64,000 nucleotides of DNA from a bacterium. GTDB lineage: Bacteria; UBA8248; JACPRG01; G963555815. Shown here in pieces: positions 19,061-26,360 of the stretch. How positions within the stretch are numbered: the first letter of the stretch is position 1; each line of letters begins with the position of its first letter. The position numbers and the translations under genes were made by a program. The notes under the pieces were generated by a model, which did no database searches, had not been told where the DNA came from, and saw only the letters and a program-made list of their open reading frames with translations. Location of the stretch: assembly GCA_965261595.1 (NCBI GenBank), contig CBDHDG010000006.1, positions 1,672,799 to 1,736,798 on the forward strand, given 5' to 3'.

Positions 19061-19949
19061 GGACATGAACCTCGTTTCCTTGATGGACCGCTTCAACTGC
19101 GATAAAAAGTGCCGAAAGGCCCTGGAGCATATCCGGTGGCCCAATGGTGTCGCCTGCACCCGTTGCGGCGATATGGACGTTCTTCCTCTTCCCAAACACT
19201 GCCGATGGGAATGTAAGTCATGCGGCTACCAGTTCAGCGTCATGTCGGGGACCATCATGCACGATTCTCATCTTGCCCTTCGCAAGTGGTTCCTGGCGAT
19301 CTACCTGATGTGCGAGTCGAAGAAGGGGATTTCCGCCCTTCAGATGAAGAGAACGCTTGGGACAACCTACCGGACGGCCTGGCACCTGTGCCACCGAATC
19401 CGCGAGGCGATGGGCAATGATCCGTTTGAGGGGCCTACGCTTCTCGGAGTGGTAGAGGTCGATGAAACGCTTGTGGGAGGCAAGAAGAAGGGCAAGGGCC
19501 GTGCCTACAAGGGCAACAAGGTTTGGGTCGCAGGAGCCATCCAGCGAGGCGGCAAGGTCCGGGTCGAGCGTATCTCCGACGTGAAACGTCACACGCTCCA
19601 TGGATTCATTAGCCGCGCCGTTCGGGACGAAGCCGAGGCCATCTATACGGACGAATTGAAGTCCTACCTGGGAATTGCCGACAACAATACGCGCCATGAG
19701 ACGGTCAACCATTCAGCCGAACAATGGGTCATTGGCGAAGTTCACACCAACAGTATAGAAGGTGTTTGGAGCCTATTCAAGCGTTCCCTGATGGGTGCGT
19801 TCCACAAGATGAGCGCGAAGCACATGGACCGCTACCTCGAAGAGCTTGAATGGCGGTTCAACAACCGGAACAACCCGAATCTATTCCAAGATACCCTTGC
19901 CCGCATTATGGACACTAAGAATCTGACTTATCGGGAGTTGGTGGCTTAA
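19059..19949 (+). CDS. IS1595 family transposase (zinc-ribbon plus DDE domain)
   Basis: N-terminal CxxC...CxxC zinc ribbon (CTRCG...CKSCGY) and a DDE_Tnp_IS1595-like core (ISXO2-like), 296 aa. Confidence 0.9.
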   Translation: MDMNLVSLMDRFNCDKKCRKALEHIRWPNGVACTRCGDMDVLPLPKHCRWECKSCGYQFSVMSGTIMHDSHLALRKWFLAIYLMCESKKGISALQMKRTLGTTYRTAWHLCHRIREAMGNDPFEGPTLLGVVEVDETLVGGKKKGKGRAYKGNKVWVAGAIQRGGKVRVERISDVKRHTLHGFISRAVRDEAEAIYTDELKSYLGIADNNTRHETVNHSAEQWVIGEVHTNSIEGVWSLFKRSLMGAFHKMSAKHMDRYLEELEWRFNNRNNPNLFQDTLARIMDTKNLTYRELVA

Positions 19950-20020
19950 GTCTTCCACGGTTTCCCTCGTCATTAACAGACTCTGGTGGAAGTTGTATAT
20001 GCAAGAGGAATAATGGAACA

Positions 20021-20614
20021 TCACCAATTTTCTCTGCATACCTGCGCAAGGCCTTTATAGACACTTGTTGATTGTCTCCGGGGATCTTTTCCTGAACTCC
20101 TGCAAAAGTCTCCAGAAACCCTGGAATCCCCCCCCCAATTACTTGACAAATCTTTGACGATAATGGCATCCTTGAGCTGGCTTAACATAACCTTGATCCT
20201 TGGATCTTTTGTTGCCTGATGAGGATCTATGGAAAACCACAAACAAGCCGCCTGAGACAATGATAGATTTTTGTGTTTTTGGTATAATGAAACATCTACC
20301 TCTATGGGTTCTTCACCTGGAGCTACAGTATCTGTGTGGATGCACTCATCGATCTTCTTGTCTAAACGTTCCACCTCGAGACGAAAAGGCGCCATTAACA
20401 AGTTCCATAGGAATGTTGGAACGATAGCCACCAATATGAATATGATAGCGATCACAATATTATCCGTCATTTCTGAACTAGCCTTTTCTTCTTCTCCGAT
20501 ATAGCTGAGTAGCAAAATAAATATCGCAGGAACGAGAACCAACACAAGGACGGTTCCAAATGACAACCCAAAACTCTTCCACGTGTCAATACACGCTTTC
20601 TTAAAGATTTCCAT
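20021..20614 (-). CDS. passenger gene: hypothetical 2-TM membrane protein (about 38% GC)
   Basis: 197-aa ORF inside the IS between the transposase and the right IR. Two TM helices then a soluble domain. AT-rich codon usage foreign to the host. Confidence 0.5.
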   Translation of the reverse strand: MEIFKKACIDTWKSFGLSFGTVLVLVLVPAIFILLLSYIGEEEKASSEMTDNIVIAIIFILVAIVPTFLWNLLMAPFRLEVERLDKKIDECIHTDTVAPGEEPIEVDVSLYQKHKNLSLSQAACLWFSIDPHQATKDPRIKVMLSQLKDAIIVKDLSSNWGGDSRVSGDFCRSSGKDPRRQSTSVYKGLAQVCRENW

Positions 20615-21144
20615 GCAACAAAACTACACATGGGATCGGGCTTTGTCAAGGGCATAATTCCGAAGGCAATGGTCACCGCCAACAGCCAAAAGACCACCGT
20701 AGCTAATCCCACGTTTCATCCTCCATGATCAGGATATTCGGTTCAAGTCCGGAGCTTACGACGCTTGGTTTCCACGGCCGGGGTTCGATCCGGACCCCGG
20801 CGACGTTTCTCAGAGATCCTCTTCCCGCGCAACGACGCCCGAGGTCATGTTCCCGCTGATCATCTTATCAGGACTTTCGTTCTCACCGAGAGACAAGGGG
20901 GGATGGGCCGCTTCTCGACCGATCCTGGAACTCCTGACTTCCCAACTCACCGGATGATCAACAACGACATTCCTATATATTTGGAAGCCGCCCTGGCGCA
21001 AGTGATCTCTGGGAGTAGTCGAATATTAATGAATAACCAACCGGCTCGGTCGTGGGGACCATGGAGGGGGGCGCGTCGTTCTCGATCCTGTTTGCGAGAG
21101 GGCGGAAATCGTCCCCGGCGGAAGGCGTCAGCCGCCGGTCGTCT

Positions 21145-23463
21145 TTATGATCTGGGGCCCCCGAGCGCCTCGACGACCTTTTCCGGGGTGATGGGCAGGC
21201 TCCGAATCCGCGCGCCCAAAGCGTGGGCGACCGCGTTGGCCACGGCTGCGGCCGTTGGAACGAGGGCCGGCTCGCCCAGTCCTTTCGCGCCGTAGGGGCC
21301 CTCCAGTCCGTGGCGGCCGGCTTCCGCGTTCTCGATGAACCGGACGCGGACATCCGGCGCGTCCACGATGGTGGGAATGCGGTAATCGTAGAAATTCGGG
21401 TTCATCACCTGCCCGCCGTCAAAGACCATCTCCTCCGACACCGCCCAGCCCAACCCCTGGACGACGCCGCCCTCGACCTGGCCCTCGGCGGTGAGGGGAT
21501 TGATGATCCGGCCCGAGTCGTGGACGGCCGTTACGCGCTCGATCACCACCCGGCCGGTCTCGATGTCCACGGCCACCTCGGCGACGTGCGCGGCGAAGGC
21601 GTAGGCGAGCGTCGCGTGGCCGTAGCGGGAGGCGTCCGGGATGACCACCTCGGGAGGCGTGACAAACGCGCCTTCGCCGATAATGGGTTTTCCGCCCGCG
21701 GCCGTGACCATATCGCGCGTGGCGTCGGAAAAGCCCATCCCCCGCCCGGGCGCGCCCTCGACGCGGATCCGGCCGTCCCCGGTTTCGAGATCCTCCGGCC
21801 GGCACTCCAGGCGCTCGGCCGCGAAGGCGAGGATTTTCTCACGGGCGTCCCGGGCGGCCCTGGCCACCGCGTGGCCGCCCACCGTCGTCACCCGGCTCGC
21901 GTACGCCCCCAGGCAGGCCGGCGTCACGTCGGTGTCCACGCCGGAGACCCGGACGTCCTCCAGGCCGACGCCGAGCTCTTCCGCGGTGATCTGGGCGAGC
22001 ACCGTGCGGGCGCCCTGGCCGATGTCCGTTTCGCCCGTTAGGAGGAAGGCGCGGCCCTCTTCGTCGACCTGGACGACGGCGGCGCCTCCGTCGAAGTCCC
22101 CATAGGCCCCCCGGAACCCGGAGCCGTGGATGCAGCAGGCCATTCCGACGCCCCGGAGGATGGCCTTTCCACGCGGCGAAGAAGCGGGAGGCTCAAAACC
22201 CCCCGCGCGTTTTCGGTCCCAATCCGTCTCGGATTTCGCTTTCTCGACGCATTCCCGGATTTCGGCCGAGCCGATTCGAAAGCCGTGCATGGTCACGTCG
22301 CCGGGACGGACGAAGTTCTTCATCCGGAGCGCGGCCGGGTCCATGCCCAGCTCTTCCGCGAGGATATCGACGCCGGACTCCAGGGCGAACGCCCCCTGCG
22401 GGTTGCCGAATCCCCGGTATCCCCCGGTCGAGAGCTTGTTTGTATAGACGAGCTGATATTGGTTTTTGACGTTGGGGATCCGGTAGAGGTTGTCCATCCG
22501 GTAAGAGGAGATGCCCGTGATGGCCGGCGCCTCGTTGCTGTACGCCCCGTTGTCGGCGATGACATCGGAGGATTTCGCGACGAGACTCCCTTCAGAATCG
22601 GCCGCCAGTCTCAGGTGGATGGTCATGGGGACCCGAGGGTGGGTGGTCAGAAACTCGTCGGTGCGGGTGTTGTCCAGCCGGACGGGTCGCCCGGCCTTCT
22701 TCGAGAGAAGCGCGGCGATCAGGTGAAGGCGGACCATTTTCTTGGAGCCGAATCCGCCGCCCACGAAAGAGTGGATCATCCGGATGTCGGACGCCTTCAT
22801 CCCGAGGATTTCGGCGTAATGGCGGCGCGCGATCCAGGGGTCCTGGATGCCGACGTGTAGCGTCAGGCGGCCGTTGGGGGCGAAGTCGGCGACGGCCCCC
22901 ATGGGCTCCATGTAGCACTGGTGGGCGGAGGACGTCTCGAACGTGGCCTCGACCTTGTGGGCGGCGCGCTCATAGGCCCGGTCGAACTTGCCGCGCTCCA
23001 TCTCCCCCCGCATCGCGATGTTTCCGGGCTTGTCCTCGTGGAGGAGGGGCGCCCCTTCGGCCAGGGCCTCCCCGGTCGTTCCGACTACCGGCAGGGGATC
23101 GTACTCGACATGAATTTCCTCCAGGGCCTCTTCGGCGGCGTCGGGATCGGTCGCGGCGACGGCGGCGACCTCGTCCCCCGCGTACCGGACCTTGTCGACG
23201 GCCAGGACGGTCTCGTCGTGGATCATGTGGCCCCATTTGACGTCCGGGCAATCGGCGGCGGTCAGGACGGCGCGAACGCCCTTGAGGTTTTTGGCCCGGG
23301 AGGCGTCGATGGACAGGACCCGGGCGTGGGGAAGGGGGCTTCTGAGGACCTTCGCCCAGAGCATCCCGGGGACCGAGACATCCGAGGCGTACTGGCCCCC
23401 GCCCGAGGATTTCTCCCAGGATTCCACGGAGGGAACCCGCTGGCCGATGACGCGATATTCCAT
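21145..23463 (-). CDS. xanthine dehydrogenase family protein, molybdopterin-binding (large) subunit
   Basis: 773 aa with aldehyde oxidase/XDH a/b hammerhead and MoCo-binding domain motifs (GGGFGSK, GQGARTVLAQI, HDSGRIINP). Start at MEYRVIGQ (23463). Confidence 0.85.
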   Translation of the reverse strand: MEYRVIGQRVPSVESWEKSSGGGQYASDVSVPGMLWAKVLRSPLPHARVLSIDASRAKNLKGVRAVLTAADCPDVKWGHMIHDETVLAVDKVRYAGDEVAAVAATDPDAAEEALEEIHVEYDPLPVVGTTGEALAEGAPLLHEDKPGNIAMRGEMERGKFDRAYERAAHKVEATFETSSAHQCYMEPMGAVADFAPNGRLTLHVGIQDPWIARRHYAEILGMKASDIRMIHSFVGGGFGSKKMVRLHLIAALLSKKAGRPVRLDNTRTDEFLTTHPRVPMTIHLRLAADSEGSLVAKSSDVIADNGAYSNEAPAITGISSYRMDNLYRIPNVKNQYQLVYTNKLSTGGYRGFGNPQGAFALESGVDILAEELGMDPAALRMKNFVRPGDVTMHGFRIGSAEIRECVEKAKSETDWDRKRAGGFEPPASSPRGKAILRGVGMACCIHGSGFRGAYGDFDGGAAVVQVDEEGRAFLLTGETDIGQGARTVLAQITAEELGVGLEDVRVSGVDTDVTPACLGAYASRVTTVGGHAVARAARDAREKILAFAAERLECRPEDLETGDGRIRVEGAPGRGMGFSDATRDMVTAAGGKPIIGEGAFVTPPEVVIPDASRYGHATLAYAFAAHVAEVAVDIETGRVVIERVTAVHDSGRIINPLTAEGQVEGGVVQGLGWAVSEEMVFDGGQVMNPNFYDYRIPTIVDAPDVRVRFIENAEAGRHGLEGPYGAKGLGEPALVPTAAAVANAVAHALGARIRSLPITPEKVVEALGGPRS

Positions 23464-24143
23464 TTTCCATTCCCAGGATTCGGGCAAAGCCGAACCCGCC
23501 GATGCCCTCGTATTGCCGTTAGGCGCTTGCCCCACTTCTCAAGGGCCGCATTCCGCCGCGCCATTCAGATTATCACGGTTCAGGTTGCGCGGCGGGATAT
23601 AGAGGTTGTGAATCGATCACGCGGGAACACCCGGGTCCGTCGCTGTCTATGGCGGCCGTTGGCGGTGTCAAGCCGGATCATTCCGCCAGCATGGACTGGA
23701 TATTTCCGGCCGCTCGGCGGGATCGACCCTTCAAGAAATCCGGTGGTTCAATCATTGTTCGGACAATATGGATTTGTTCTAAGTAGAACCCCCGTGGCAC
23801 TATTTGTGCAAGCTTAAAAAGATGGGAACCATACATGCGCTCAATAGCGGTTCACGGTTTTGACCCTCCCGGATAAGTCAGAGGGGGGATGGGTCCGCGT
23901 GAAATCGTATTACCCCGCTACGCTTTGGGGGAGCCGCCCGCCTATCGCCCCGGGTGTTGTCGGAGGGGCGGAGATCCAGGGTCCCGAAGGTCGGGTTGAT
24001 CTTGGGGTTCCGGTGCGCCTCGGCGGCGCATTTCACGGTTTCCGTAAACAGAAACAAATCAAGGGGGGGACGCAAGAAAACGGGCGCCCCCGCCCTTGGG
24101 TTTCGTTGGACACTCGATCGAGTCATCAAGGCAAACCAATCGG

Positions 24144-26324
24144 ATGATCAAGCGACTCCTCATCTGGCTCACCTCCCTGCTTTATGAGCGAACCATCCTC
24201 GTTCTGAGCGTGATGTTCGTTGCCGGCGTGGCGGGCATGATTTGGGATGTTTCCCGTGTGCAGACAAATCTCATCGAAGCGACGGCATTGGAATACGCGA
24301 CCGAGCACACCCACGCTCTGGCGGAATTTCGCACGCTCTATACGTCGGAAGTGGTTGCCCGCGTGAGGCCCTATGGGACCGAGGTGACCCATGACTACAA
24401 ATCAAAGGAAGGAGCCATCCCCCTTCCCGCCACGTTGAGCATGGAGCTCGGCAAAAGAATCGGGAAGCATCGTTCCGGGCTTCAATCCCGGTTGTACAGC
24501 GCCTATCCGTTTCCCTGGCGAAAAGACAAGGGCGGCCTGCGGGATGAATTTGCCAAGGAAGCCTGGAACCATTTGCGCCGGAATCCCGATAAACCTTTTT
24601 ACCGATTCGAGACATTCCAGGGCCGCCGCTCATTGCGATACGCGACGGCGGATTTGATGCGGCCCGCTTGCGTCAACTGTCACAACACGCACCCCGACTC
24701 CCCCAAAAAGGATTGGAAAGCGGGAGACGTAAGAGGGGTTCTGGAAATTGTACGCCCCATGGAGGCCATCGTCGCGCAGACGCGAGAAGGTCTAAGAAAA
24801 ACCTTTGGCCTGATGGTGGTGATGGCCGTGATGGGGCTGTCATGTCTCACCCTCGTGATTGGCAGGCAAAGGCGAACCTCGGCCGACTTGGGGCAGCGGG
24901 CTGAGGAGGTGGAAGCGGCCAACCGAGAGCTGAAAACCGAGATCGCCGAGCGCAAGCGGACCGAGGAGGCTCTCAAACTCACGCAATTCTCCGTCGAGCG
25001 ATCGGTGGACGCGACCTTCTGGATCGCGCCGGACAGCCGGATCCTGAACGTGAACGATGCGACATGCCGTCACTTCGGGTATTCACGGGAAGAGCTTCTC
25101 TCGATGACCATCTCGGACATCAACCTGGCCTACCCGCGGGAGAAATGGACCGAGCATTGGGAAAAAGTGAAGCGAAATGGATCTCTGACTTTCGAATCCA
25201 TCTTAACGACCAAAGACGGCCGGGAGATGCCGGTCGAGATTACCGCCAACTACCTGGAATTCAACGGAAAGGAGTACATTTTCAGCTTTGCCCGCGACAT
25301 CACCGCGCGCAAGGAGGCGGAGGAAGCGTTGCGACTCACGCAATTCTCCGTTGACCGGGCGGGAGACGCCACCAACTGGATCGCGCGGGACGGCAAGATC
25401 CTCTATGTGAACGATGCGGAATGCGACTATCTCGGGTACTCGCGGGAAGAACTGCTCTCCATGACCATTTTCGAAATCGATTCGGAGCAATCGCCGGAGA
25501 AGTGGGCGGCGCATTGGAAAAAAGTGAAAGAAGCGGGTTCGCTTACATTTGAGTCAAGCCAAGTAACCAAAGACGGCGGGAAAATCCCGACCGAGGTGAC
25601 CTCCAGTCACCTGGAGTTCAACGGAAAGGAGTACCTCGTCGGCTTTGTTCGCGACATCACCGAGCGCAAGCGGGCAGAGGAGGCGCTGCGGCTCACGCAG
25701 TTCTGCGTTGAGCGGGCGGGGGACCCCGTTTTTTGGTTCGGCCCGGACGGCCGGTTTCTTTACGTGAATGATGCGGCGTGCCGGTATCTCGGGTACTCAC
25801 GGGAAGAGCTGCTCACGATGGCCGTCTCGGACATCAACCCGCAGCGTACGCCGGAGAAGTGGCCCGAGAGATGGGAAAAGAGGAAAGGGCGCGGACCGCA
25901 GACCTTCGAGACCCGCCACCTCGCCAAGGACGGCCGGACGGTTCCGGTCGAGGTGACCGCCAACTACCTGGAGCTTAACGGAAAGGAGTATATGTTCAGC
26001 TTCGCCCGCGACATCACTGCGCGCAAACAGGCCGAGGAGGCGCTGCGGCTCACGCAGTTCGCGGTGGATCAGGCGGGGGACGCCATTTTCTGGGTGACGC
26101 CGGATGGTGGATACCACTATGTGAATGACGCGGCGTGCTGGTATCTCGGGTACTCCCGGGAAGAGTTGCTCTCCATGTCGGTCTGGGACGTCCAGCCGGA
26201 TCTTTCGGCCGGGCAGTGGCCCGAGAGGTGGGAAGAGCTGAAACGGATCGGCGCTTTATCCGCCGAAACCCGCTACATGACCAAGAAAGGCGGAGTCGTT
26301 CCGGGCGAGGTATCCATCAACTAA
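24144..26324 (+). CDS. N-terminal part of multi-PAS hybrid sensor histidine kinase: 2-TM periplasmic CxxCH sensor domain plus PAS domains 1-4, ending at an in-frame TAA
   Basis: MIKRLLIWLTSLL TM1, extracytoplasmic domain with CVNCH (c-type heme motif, DUF3365-like), TM2, then four LRLTQF...NYLEFNGKEY PAS repeats. TAA at 26322-26324 replaces the conserved Tyr codon TAC. Confidence 0.8.
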   Translation: MIKRLLIWLTSLLYERTILVLSVMFVAGVAGMIWDVSRVQTNLIEATALEYATEHTHALAEFRTLYTSEVVARVRPYGTEVTHDYKSKEGAIPLPATLSMELGKRIGKHRSGLQSRLYSAYPFPWRKDKGGLRDEFAKEAWNHLRRNPDKPFYRFETFQGRRSLRYATADLMRPACVNCHNTHPDSPKKDWKAGDVRGVLEIVRPMEAIVAQTREGLRKTFGLMVVMAVMGLSCLTLVIGRQRRTSADLGQRAEEVEAANRELKTEIAERKRTEEALKLTQFSVERSVDATFWIAPDSRILNVNDATCRHFGYSREELLSMTISDINLAYPREKWTEHWEKVKRNGSLTFESILTTKDGREMPVEITANYLEFNGKEYIFSFARDITARKEAEEALRLTQFSVDRAGDATNWIARDGKILYVNDAECDYLGYSREELLSMTIFEIDSEQSPEKWAAHWKKVKEAGSLTFESSQVTKDGGKIPTEVTSSHLEFNGKEYLVGFVRDITERKRAEEALRLTQFCVERAGDPVFWFGPDGRFLYVNDAACRYLGYSREELLTMAVSDINPQRTPEKWPERWEKRKGRGPQTFETRHLAKDGRTVPVEVTANYLELNGKEYMFSFARDITARKQAEEALRLTQFAVDQAGDAIFWVTPDGGYHYVNDAACWYLGYSREELLSMSVWDVQPDLSAGQWPERWEELKRIGALSAETRYMTKKGGVVPGEVSIN

Positions 26325-26360
26325 CTGGAATTCAACGGCAAAGAATACTCCCTGGGCTTC

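Larger units (their letters stand above)
18848..20662 (+). mobile_element. IS1595-family insertion sequence (1815 bp) with passenger ORFs
   Basis: Perfect 22-bp terminal inverted repeats CGGAATTATGCCCTTGACAAAG (18848-18869; reverse complement at 20641-20662), flanked by an 8-bp direct repeat AAGGCAAT (18840-18847 and 20663-20670). Internal GC is far below the flanking DNA. Confidence 0.88.

Noticed and set aside
20735-20800. Two tRNA T-loop-like motifs (GGTTCAAGTCCGG and GGTTCGATCCGG) just right of the IS
   Set aside because: No acceptor stem with CCA, no D-arm or anticodon arm could be folded on either strand. Probably chance, or a highly degraded tRNA remnant. Not reported as a feature.
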